Source: Reclinomonas americana ATCC 50394
Lineage: Eukaryota
Direction: 5' to 3'
Assembly (NCBI GenBank): GCA_048213135.1
Contig: PS015202.1
Coordinates: 10,935 to 61,087 of the forward strand
DNA length: 50,153 nt
Every line of letters begins with the position of its first letter. Positions within the stretch are counted from its first letter, which is position 1. A program made the translations under genes and the position numbers. Below are positions 12,501 through 24,129 of this stretch, one piece after another. A model generated the notes under the pieces. It was not told the origin of the DNA. It made no database searches and saw nothing but the letters and a program-made list of their open reading frames with translations.

Positions 12501-15208
12501 AAACACGCACCAGCTTGTCTCCAGTACCCAGCAGCCACTCCAGCTGTGTGGCGGCGACTCCAGCCACGACGACAAAACTCTCCGTCCAAGTGGCCCACAA
12601 TGTCGGCAGCGCAATTCTCTCAGTTCGAGTGGCCGCCAGCAGACGGGCCACACAACGGGAGAGGTCTTCCAGCAGCAGATCTCGCAGCACAAAGTCCGAC
12701 TGTGTCACACCAAGAGTTGTCGTGAATGAGCAAGTACGGTGACAGGCTTTCGCATCTTCATGCACGCTCCCATTACCTCTGCTTCAGACGGTTCGTCACC
12801 CTCACCGGGGCGGCGTCCAAGTTCCTTCTCTGACTCGTTGTCGGCGTTCTCCATGAACAGCCGGTGACAGGCCTCGATGATGGTTGCCGTGTATTGCGCG
12901 CCCAGCTGTGGCGTCTCCAACAACGCGTCTCGCACCTTCTCCGCAAGCAGGCGATGAACCATGTCGCTGATGCTGTCGTCTACAGTCGGGAAGTCGGCGG
13001 CGATCCGGGCCAGATACAGCAGTGGAGCCACTGGGGATCGACCGAAAATGATATTGGCACCCTGTGCGCAATCGTCGAGCACCGCAGCGCAGTCAGTGGC
13101 GCGAAAGAAACAAATCACGTGCTTCCTCTCTCTCTCTCGTGTACCATTTGCTGAAGGTTAACCAGTTCCTGGACAACGTTCTCAAACGCCTCGGCATCTG
13201 GACCTGCACTCAGGCCGCGCTTTCTGCACGCCACCCACAGATCCGCAAACGCCTCGCGCAGGATGGCTACAGAGTCACGAATCTACTTTTAGCCGCGCAG
13301 CTTGCAGAAGCAACACGGGTGATGCGAGCACGCACTTTGCCGGGCCGCGGGCCAGCACGCATCCTCTTCGGCCGCGCACCACAATACCGTCGTCTCGTCC
13401 GCGCGATGCGGACGTGCAACCTCGAGCACGCACAGTTCAGTCAAACGAACAACGGTGTCGAAGCTCCGGACGGCCGCCTGGTGCAACGCCGAACTCGGAA
13501 GTGCACCTGTGCCGGCCGGTGAGACACGAGATTGCCAGAAGACGCCACAAAAAGAGAGCAAACACTTCACCTGCAGCGGTGGCTGCACGGAACAATCGGC
13601 GCCGCAGCACATTGTGGAAACTGTCGAAGAAGCCGGCGAGCTCCACAAACGTGCGCGGGTTGATATCGTAGAGAAATCGTGCATGGGAAGCGGAGAGCGG
13701 GCGAGCGTCCAGCTCACTGGCCACCTTGATCTCGTCGAGTGAAGATGCCACAGAGTCCCAGGCTTGGCGCGCGTACCCTGCCCGTGGCACACGAGTGAGG
13801 GCATGTGCGCACAAAGACGACATGTGCTTTTTTGCCGACGCACAAATGAGAAGAACGAGAAGATTGAGGGCGCCGTGAGACGCAGGATCCGCGTCCTCGG
13901 AAGCGGATTCCCACTCCGCCAGCAACTGCAGCCACCAATCGCACATTAGATCGAGCGCACATATGAACAAAAGAGAACGCACACAGACCACAGTACCTCA
14001 GCCTGCGATTCTCGTGCCTCGTCACTGGCCAACTGCAGTGCACAATCGACCACACGCTGCTCCAGCGTATGACCGCCGGCGACATGCTCCAGTGTGCGCC
14101 GGAGCAGCAACACCAAGCTGCGCACCGAGCCGCACACGCCCAACGTCATGACCACCAGCGATTCGTCCAGGTCCGCGTCGGGTGGCACCCATCCGTGCCG
14201 CTGGCCGCGCGAAGCATTTTCGCTGACCTCAACCAGCATGTCTTCCACGCGAGCACGCAACGCCACGTCCACTGCGGCCGACTCCGCACCCTGACCGCGC
14301 AGCTCCGGCGCAGCCGCCAGCCCCGCCAGCGATTTCGACACCACGAACCGCTCCAGCGCTCCGTTGGCGTCCGTCGCCGCAGGTGCCAGCTGCGCGGCAT
14401 CAACAGCACGTCTCCACAAATCGGCCAGCGAAAGTGCCTGTGCGCCTCGCTCCACGCGCAGAAGCAGCGATCCTTGAACACCGCCAACCAGATCCATGTC
14501 TGGCTCAGACGGGTAGTCTTCGGGATTGAAATGCGCCCCCTCTTTGCAGGCGACAGTCATCAGCCCGGCGGCCACTTGTCGGCGCAAGTCGGCCGCACAG
14601 TACTCCACATGCCACAAATCATCGACACCGCCGACCAGCGGACGCTTCAGCGCGCGCAGGTTGTTCAAAGCCTGCAGCAAATCGCCTCCAGCAGCCTCCA
14701 CACGTCGCTGGCGACGACGCAAGTCCTCCTGCAGTGCCAGCGGCACCGTGTACGTGGCGCACAACTCCATCACCTCAGCGGCCTCACTGACACAGATGAG
14801 GAGGTGAGCAGGCAACCCACACAGAGAGCATGCCGCAGAGGTATCGCACCGCATGGCCTCCACGGCGGTATCATCGAATGACTTGAGACCGAGCGAGGCC
14901 AGCAACACAAAGTACGACGGATTGCTGCTTGCGCACATCACATGAGCATGGAAACAAAATTGAACTCTCTCTCACACACACACACACACTCACCCGCGCA
15001 TTGCGATGCTCACACCTGCACGCGCGCGCACACAGTGTGAGAGCGAGTCAAGGCCACACGCACACACACAAGCGGCGCAACTGACGAGAGGATCCTCCTC
15101 ACAGTTCCACCAGTTGTCACTGGCGCAGCGACGGGTCATGTCGAGGACGTGGACGCCGACAGTGCGTGGAGTCTCCAGCACCATCGTGTTGTCGCCTTCT
15201 GCCGACAT
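526..15208 (-). CDS. Giant multi-exon HECT-type E3 ubiquitin ligase (HERC-like C-terminal HECT domain; possible ankyrin-like segment near 3880-4280); spans gap 11421-12083
   Basis: HECT hallmarks in consecutive exons: FSVDFVGEGGVDGGGLTRELFSE, VELIPDGANTPVTWANLRDYIDLV, LEVALCGSPDVDVDML, LLLRFVSGQSR, catalytic LPASHTCFFTLDLAKYPS, and spliced end KAVLESKLRYAMMHTAAIDADQVASSAVFAEDD* (stop 526-528). The upstream minus-strand exon chain continues to a likely ATG at 15208. The HECT call is firm; the single-gene extent is less certain. Confidence 0.8.
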
Positions 15209-15582
15209 GATTCGCGCGCGCGCACCCAACGATAAGAGGTTGTACTGTATCTCCGATGCGCGCGAAGTGGGACGGACATGTATAGATGCATCTCAAGGTG
15301 CACAAAAGGGTTTGTTTCTAGTGGTAAAGCATGAGGATGAGAGAGTACAATAAACATATCTTTCATTCTTTACAAGGCATCGATGCATGCGGTCAACACT
15401 TGCACACGAGAGAGAGTGCGCGAAGGCAGAAGAGAGAGTCCAAAGAACCGAGGACTGAGAGAGAAGAAAAGCGGTCTTCCCGCTCCTCTCCCTCTCATGC
15501 CCTCCTTGTGCTTCCTTCTTCCTCCCTTCCACCCTCGTCTCCCTCTCTCGTGGCGTCGCCCACAATCGAACCGACAAGCTTC

Positions 15583-16749
<1,167 letters not shown>

Positions 16750-17050
16750 GTTTTCTTTGGAAGGAAAAAGGCAGAGGTTGTGATCGCTCACAAGAAGGGA
16801 GAGAAAATGTGGATGAATTGAGTGACAATGCGATCGAAGGCGAGCACGAAACGGGAGCGAAAAGTGGCGGCAAAGCGGTGTTCTCGCAGCCTTGTTTCTA
16901 GACACGGCTGTAGTGCGGCGGCCTACAGAAGGTGAAACGCGCGCGTTTCCTTTCGTGGATTGGAGTGTATGGTGTGACAGCAGCTGTCAGATTCAAGTGT
17001 CGGTGTTCATTGCATATGCATGCGGTTATTCGACGCGCAGCTCTACACAC

Positions 17051-18567
17051 TCACTTGCCCTTCTTGTACGTCTGCTTGGGGAAGAGATACTTTCCGGCGT
17101 CGTCCTCCACCAGCTGCCCGTTGGGCACACACGGCCCGTTCGGGGGGTAGATCGGGCGCCAGATCTCCTTGCCGTCGTTGGTGTGCCACGGGCCACCCTC
17201 GGGACCCACGGACACACGGATGCCTCGTGCCACCGGCAGGCAGATCCAATTGCCAACGGTGGGGGCGTAGGTGTAGAAAGCCTTGTCGGAACCAACAACC
17301 CACAGCGCACCAGTCGCGCCGACGCCAATGTCCAGCGCAGCACCCGGCAGCTGCTGCCACTCGCCGAATTTGATCATGCGCCAGATGCTGTTGTCGCCGA
17401 GTACGGCAAACACATTGTCGTCGGCGTCGGCGGCGATGCGCTTGACGTTGGCGGCCTGGGGATCAACTTCCTTCTTGAAGGTCTTGCGGTCGACGCGCAC
17501 CACTTTGCCGCCATTCATGTGCGGGTACCAGATGTACCGGGAGCCGACGGCAATGTCGATGGCCCAGTCGATGCCCTTCACCTCGGTCCACTTGCCGCTC
17601 TTCTTGTTGTACGTGATGATGTGCTTGCTATCATCAAGCGTGGCGTATGGCGTGCCGTCCGGAGCGACGGCAATGTTCTGCGCACGACCCTTGACGTCGT
17701 AGCCGATCCACGACCCGGTCTTGTGGACAAACTGGAAGCTGTGCAGCGTGTGAGTGTCAGCATCACCCTTCATCGCATCGACAGCAGCGACTTGATAGCA
17801 CTCAACATGTTGAAGTCGACACCGACGACAAAGACCTCTGGCTCCTTGGTGTTGCGTTTCTGCTGCACGGCAATGTCGACTGCACCGCCTGGAAGCTGCT
17901 CCCACCTGCAGGAACAATTGTATCAGGAGATGCTCCATGAGTAAGCCTTGGGGATGCCTCACAAAAGACGCACCGGTAGTCGAGGGGAAGCGGTTCGTCG
18001 TCCTTACACTTGTTGCCGTAACCGGCTTCAGCAAACAAACTGCAAAACAAGGAGAATGAGTGGACTCTCTGCGTGCACGACAGCGGCGGGACCACATCCA
18101 CTCTTCGTCTCACCCAGCGTTCTCCTCCTCCACCTCGAGCTCGGCGCGCATCGCCGCCAAGTCAAGCAGAGAGTGCTCGAAAGTTGTGCCTTTCATGCCT
18201 GTCAGCTGCCCATTTCCCATCGATACAAGAGAGGCTGCAGGAGCACGAGTTAGTGATCGAGAGGAGCGCGAGTGGGATCCAGACAGAGAGAGACTGATGC
18301 GCGAGTGACAAAAGAAGTGATCATGACGGCAGTGGCACCAAAAGAGACGAGAGAAACGTGAGCGTGCAGACAGTGTGAGAAGAGAGCAATGGACGAGAGG
18401 CAGTGCGTGGAAGAGCGACAAAGAGGGAGAGAGAGAGACTGATGAGAGACAACGAGAGTTCACTCACCAAACTCAGAGTCAGTTTCCATCATAGTGGCGT
18501 TCGCCCAGTCGCCGAATGCCACCAAGGCTATGGCGCAGAGGGCGACCACAAGCAAGAGGCGAGTCAT
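17051..18567 (-). CDS. Secreted tectonin/TECPR-repeat beta-propeller, lectin-like protein
   Basis: First exon gives signal peptide MTRLLLVVALCAIALVAFGDWANA. About six tectonin-like repeats: WEQLPGGAVDIAV, WTEVKGIDWAIDIAVG, VKRIAADADDNVFAVLGDNSIWR, WQQLPGAALDIGVGATGALWVVG, RVSVGPEGGPWHTNDGKEIWR. Confidence 0.82.
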
Positions 18568-18824
18568 GGGATGACGAATACTCGAGAACCACGCAACGTG
18601 TTCTCACGCAAAAGATGAAAAAGCGTGAGCAATTGCAATAAGGGCGGGAAGTAACGGTCGTATATTTCCTTCCATCGCTGCGATTTCGCTGGCGTTCGAG
18701 CACAGCAGGATGGACTGTACAAAGCCGTGAGACCTGTCATGAAACTGCGACGAGTGCGGCCACGTGAGAGGTTACGAGAGGCAGCATTCGCTCGGCGCGT
18801 GGTGTACAAGTTCGAAGTTCGGAT

Positions 18825-21087
18825 TCATTCGCTGTCGTGTGCGTGGGAGTGGTTGGCACTGGACTCCTCCGGTGGCCCCATGTCCGACCACCGTTCGTGG
18901 TGTGGGTTGAGCTGGCAGCCGGGCGCACTGAATTCGGTGGCCTTGCAGCATGTCCACTGTGCATTGGGGTGAGCGTACTGACAAGCGCGCAAGAATGTTG
19001 GTCGGAATACGCAGCGTGCTGTGCAGGTGGGAGAAATAAGAACACCACTCCATGGACATGAATGCAACACAAGGATATGTGAACGCAACTTGCTGCAGTC
19101 AACATCGTGGCATGGAACAGAAGGTGAACAAGCGAGTGAGAAACACAGGAATTCGACTCGTTTGTCGGAAAACATGAATTAATCGCGGCGCAACAATCTG
19201 CAAACGAGAGCGCGTTTAGTCATTAGCTGCGGTGCGGTTGTTCAGTGTGATGCGAGTCACGCAACGGTGAGCTGCAATCGGAATCGACGTGAACAGCAAC
19301 GGGAAGAAAGTCAGTATCAACTGGAGGGCATGCGCACTGGCATGACCACGCAGTGAATGGTACTCACGTGCTGTGAATGCGACAGCGTGAGTGACATGCA
19401 CGGAGGGTACGAAAGACACAGGCACTCGTACCTTCTGTGGAGGTGTGCGGGTACCAAGAGGGGGCGGAGGGAACAGTTGTTGAGAAGCAGCTTTGTAAAA
19501 TGCTGATATAAAGAAACTCACGCAACGAGCTGCGATCGGCACAGGTGAGTGAGACAGTGAGAGGCAGAGCTGACAGCGAAGACAAGCAAACGCAACAGGC
19601 TAGAGAAGGCAAGACAGGGCGATCGCAGACAGCAACAGCAGAGAGGGTGTCAGATGGAGTGCAGACTCGAGCAGGGTTGCGCCCACCACAAACCAACTGC
19701 GCCACCAACACACAAGAAAGGTGAGTGGACATTAGCGTTGCAAAACAAAACAGAGCAAACACCACGCACATGCTGTTGGCGATCCAGTTGCAGCAGCAGC
19801 GATGGGAAGTCAGTGCGAGAGCGCGAGAGTGTGACGAGCACACACGACATACCGTCTGCGATTTGCTCGACACAGTGAGCATGACAGCCACAAAACACGA
19901 AGCAGAACATGAGGAATGCACTCACCGGCTACCGGCAGCGAAGCGCATGCACAAACGAGAGGCAGTTGATTCTTCAGTCTGCAATCAACAACACCAACAC
20001 ACCGCCTACAACAGACTCACATACTGAAGCAAACAAGCAGGCAAATGTGAGTGAGAGGCAGACGACAGAAAAATGCTGCACGGCACACACAAACGACGCA
20101 ACAGCTCCAGGGTGGAAACGGCACTCCTCGGAAAAGTCGCAGGCCATCAGCCGACAGTTTCGACACTGGTACAACTGCGTGGCCATTGTCGGTCACCACT
20201 CCACCGTCATACAACATCCGGGATGGGTCTACACATACCTTGCTCTTCTCTGCTACTTCCTCGGAGCGCACCCGGACCGCAGTCATCTGCACCACACGTT
20301 CCATCACAACAACAAAACACCACTCTTCAACAAACAACTGAACGCACTTCATCGCGGATTTGCCGCCGCTCTGTCGCCTCCTCCACCTGCATCTTACTGA
20401 TCTGTGCGCGCCCCTCACATCAGCAAGTCATACGCGGTCACACCCTTCGTTCGTGGATCACCACCCACCATGGCCTGGATCCGATCTCGCTCCTCGTACA
20501 TTTGCCTCTCGCGCAACATCAGCCGCGCCTGTACAGTCTCAACCGACTCTTTCGCCGTCTCCAAACCCCCAACAAACCTGCTCTCCACCTCCTGCTCACA
20601 CGTCACTTGCCGGCTGCCAGTCTTGCGACAAGCGAACGACACACACCTGAAGTCGCGACTCCACAGTCTCGCGTCGCCCTCGCTCCTCCTGCGCGCACAT
20701 CTGCGTGTCAGTCACAGTGACCACTGTCACACACGTCACCATTGTCTCTCATCGCACGCAACAGCGAGCTCGCGTGAGAGTCGAGTGCGATCGTCATCGA
20801 GCAGCTGTTGCACGTTTGAGCGTGTCACACACACACACTCTCTCACACACGCGCGCACTACCTCCACAGCCTTTGCCAAGAGCTTCATACGATGCGCGTC
20901 CTCCTGTCGCGCCTTCTGCAGCGCTTCGTGTGCCTATTCGTTGCACACAGTGTCAACAACTTCCACTCAGTCACTGATGACAATGATCACTCGCCTGTTT
21001 CAACTCGCTCAGCTCCGCAAAGCACTGCTCCACGTGGCGCACCAGTGCCTGAATGTGCTCAGGAGTCGGCACGTGACTCGCCTCCAT
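18825..21087 (-). CDS. 22-exon coiled-coil protein with C-terminal Cys/His zinc-finger (CxxC..CRFHPG..WTCC..PGC..H, Btk/CHORD-like), ~243 aa with all exons included
   Basis: Exons 20995-21087, 20862-20933, 20763-20804, 20647-20700, 20469-20591, 20348-20401, 20239-20286, 20103-20174, then 13 microexons, then 18825-18956. All join in frame without stops. E/R/Q/K-rich helical N-terminus; LYQCRNCRLMACDFSEECRFHPGA...WTCCKATEFSAPGCQLNPHH. Confidence 0.85.
18957..20102 (-). other. Tandem array of 13 single-codon (3-nt; one 6-nt) microexons separated by 59-102 nt introns
   Basis: Recurring YAG|NNN|GT(GAGT/GCGT/ATGT/TGCG..) unit about every 60-105 nt, with pyrimidine-rich sequence and often a CTCAC/CTGAC/CTAAT branch-like motif upstream of the AG. 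Confidence 0.85.
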
Positions 21088-21155
21088 CTTCTCTCTCTCT
21101 CACACACGTCGCCGTCCGATCTGTCCTGATCTTCTCTCGTCTCTTGCGCGAAAGA
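21088..21155. promoter_or_regulatory. Putative bidirectional promoter / overlapping 5' region
   Basis: Only 68 bp between divergent start codons (21087 on -, 21156 on +). Confidence 0.55.
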
Positions 21156-22238
21156 ATGCTGTTGCATCTCGTTGACCTGCTGCGATCACGACGCATTGTG
21201 CTTGCCTCTGGTGTGTGTGTGTGTTACACAAGTTGCCAGTGTCTTGTGTACTGCTCTCACACACAACACACAGCTTCTCCTCGACGTCGCGAGATTCTGG
21301 AGAACATTGGCTTGCGTTTCGAGGTGGTGCCGAGTGCCTTTGCAGAGGACTTTGACAAGTTGCGTACGATGCGTGTGCAAGTGTGTCACAAGAGCATGCT
21401 GACAGCAGACAGACAGACGACGATTTGCGACTCCGCACGACTACGTGAAGGAGACTGCGCGCGCAAAGGGACTCGATGTGGCCAAGAGACTCACGCAGGT
21501 CTCTTGTGCATCTCACTGCGCTGTGTTGGTATGTGTGGTTCACTCTATGTGTGTGTGTTGGTGCATGCAGCCTGCGGACATGATCATCAGTGCGGATACG
21601 ATTGTGGTGGTGGCGGGTGGTAGCAAGGATGCAGATGTGACTGCCAACGGGTACCGTGTGTTGGAGAAGCCGGCGAATGCCGAGGATGCATGCCGCATGA
21701 TTCGGGAGCTCAGTGGGCGAGAGCACTTGGTCATTTCGGCTGTGGTGCTCATCTTTCCGCGGAGTGGCAGCGCCGGTTTCGTGTTTGTGTGGTATGCAAC
21801 GATCGAGCAGGCGCTGCGAGCTGACACAGTGTGTGTTTGTGGTAGAACCGGAGACTGTGGCCTTTGCGGAGGAGACGCGTGTGCGGTTTGCGGAGCTGAC
21901 GGATCGGGAAATCCGAGCGTATGTGGCGTCGGGCGAATCACTGTTGCGCGTGCTTTTCCCTTTAGCAGTGCGGGTTGCGTGCTGAATGTGTGCATGCAGA
22001 GACAAGGCGGGTGCGTATGGATACCAGGGGCTGGCGGGGACGCTGGTCAGCGCCATTGCTGGCGACTATTACAATGTGGTGGTTCGTCGCCTGCTGGGAG
22101 GCCTTCTTGCGCCTGCTGTTGTTTGCTTGTGTCTCACCGCTCGCGTCACAGGGCTTCCCGCTGCATGCTTTCTGCAAACGGCTGGCGACGATTGTGGAAG
22201 GCGCAGATGCGCAACGGCTGCTCGGCATCCGTTCATGA
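21156..22238 (+). CDS. maf: Maf-family nucleoside triphosphate pyrophosphatase (YhdE/ASMTL-type, likely dTTP/UTP)
   Basis: Spliced motifs IVLASASPRRREIL, ETARAKG, IISADTIVV, VLEKP, LSGREHLVIS, GESLDKAGAYGYQG, GDYYNVVGFPL. Confidence 0.93.
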
Positions 22239-24129
22239 ACGTTGGGATGGTGACGTTGGCGCGTAAATCGAGCACACTTCGCGCGCGCGACACAATTTCT
22301 TGTTGGTTACATCGGTCCTGGTGTGGGTGCAGTGGTGGTGGTGGTGGTGGCGGGAGCTGGTGCTCCTCCTCCTGTTGTTGTTGTCGTTGTTGGTCTCGCA
22401 TGTGTGGTGAGTGGGGGGGGGTGTCACGTGTGGCCGTTGGAACGCGGAAGGCGCCAATTGATTTCTTTTCGCGCGCAATGTCGTTGTGTGTGATACTCTC
22501 GGTACCCAATCACCATCAATCCTGCAGTTCAGCGGATTCCCTGTGCCTCTCTCTGTGCGTCAAATCATCAGTCAATTGCCTTCTCTCCCTCTCTCCCTCC
22601 TCTTCCGTGTTGCCACACTCGCGCTGTCAGACAAATCTTTTTTCGTGGCCTGGGTTTCTGTCGAGCCACGCACATTGTGCTCTCACCTCGCACAACACAT
22701 ACTCTCTCTCTCTGCCCATGTATGTCACCCTCCTGTGCACGTGAGTCTCGTGTCTTCGTTGTGGGTGACGGAGACGCGTCCGCGTTCGAGTCTGTGGTCT
22801 GAGGGCGGGAAAAAGTGGGACTCGTAGTTGCCTCTTTTGATGAACGGCTTTTTTCCCGTCTCCCACCTCGCTTCTCTCGCTTCTTTTCCTTGGCAGGCAC
22901 AGTGCAGGTGGGGAATTATGCAAACCAGGCAATCCAGACACGCGTGCGCGTGGCGGTATCCCCCAAAAGAAGCGCTGCCGTTAAAAATGGTTGAAACTGC
23001 GTCGAACACACATGCACGACCGCACGGCAATCACGGACGGAAAGCAAGGGTATCTCACGAATACGCGTGCAGGAGAAGAGAGACCGACTTGTACTCTCAC
23101 GGAATCGCGATGGCGGTATGTCGATGTCGATGCGCGCCAAAAAAAACGACCGGTCGATATCGCGCGCGCGCGTGTCGACGTCAGTTGCGACCGTGCCTGT
23201 GAGGCAAGTGGAGAGAGGAAGGCAGAGAGTGAGTGTGAGGGAGAGGAGAGAAAAAAACGGCCGTGGCACGCTCAGTCGCGGGTCGCGCGCGCGCGCGCGC
23301 GCGCACATACGCACCGTTGGTCAATTGTCCCTGGTGATTTTTTCTGGCGCCACTTGCTGAGAGCGCGTCACTCGCTCGCACTCCCGCCCAATCAACACAC
23401 GCACACACACACAGACACAGCACGAGTGACACGTCTCCTCTCCAGTGTGTGCGGTGAGTCGCCTGCATGTGCGCGTGTGAGTGAGACATGCAATGAGTGT
23501 GAGTGTGAGTGAGTGAGAAAAACTCGCGCGCGCGCGTGATACCGTTGCAAGCGACTCTTTTTTCACTCCACGTCATCCTCTCTGCTTGTCACACGCACAC
23601 ACACTGCTCTGTGTACTCTCTCACTGTCGCGCGTGTGTGAGTGAGGCGAGAGTGTTGTTTCTTTGTGAAATATATGTTGTTTTTTTGGAGGGAGAAACGT
23701 TCGGGATAACGATCACTTGGGCCCAACGGTACCATTGACGCGTGCTGCACAACACACTCTCTCGCTCTCTCTTGCTCACTGGCACACATGTGACACACGC
23801 GCGCGCTCTCTCTCTGTGTCACACACATCAATGTGCGTTGCGTGTTTCGTCTGCCTTTGTTTTTTTCATGACACACTCACGCACCTGTTTGTATTTTTTG
23901 CGCGCGCTTCCTGTGTGTGTGTTTTCGTCACCAATCTTCTCACCGTGTCTTTCTCTCTCTGCACGTGTGTGTCGTGCACACGCTCTCTCTGTGTCACACC
24001 ATGTGCGCGCGAGTGTTGTTCGTGTGCTCACCAAGTGCGGTCTCTCACAGATTCTAACCCGGAGTACGCGCGCCTTTTTTGTCTTCCCACTCCCCCGCGC
24101 CCTCGCACTTCCCCCGTTGCTGAGCAAGA

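Noticed and set aside
11212-12692. Long ORFs containing X runs (also at 15331-16382, 24630-26720, 36705-37814)
   Set aside because: Artefacts of translation through N gaps.
16923-17054. Extra 3' exon of the tectonin gene via AA|GTGAGT
   Set aside because: The TGA follows a complete propeller and the added peptide has no recognisable features. It cannot be supported without transcripts.
19516-19529. Alternative 8-nt exon CTCGTTGC using the downstream GTGAGT donor
   Set aside because: It would shift the frame before WTCC. The 3-nt reading with GTTGCGT matches the array pattern. It could exist as a minor unproductive isoform.
19976-19978. Possible 14th microexon ACT (TTGCAG|ACT|GAAGAA, minus strand)
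   Set aside because: No GT/GC donor follows, and the flanking introns would be only 42 and 47 nt, shorter than all others in the array.
18957-20102. Microexon array as a CRISPR-like or tandem repeat
   Set aside because: The spacing is quasi-regular but units share only splice signals; there is no direct repeat and no cas gene.
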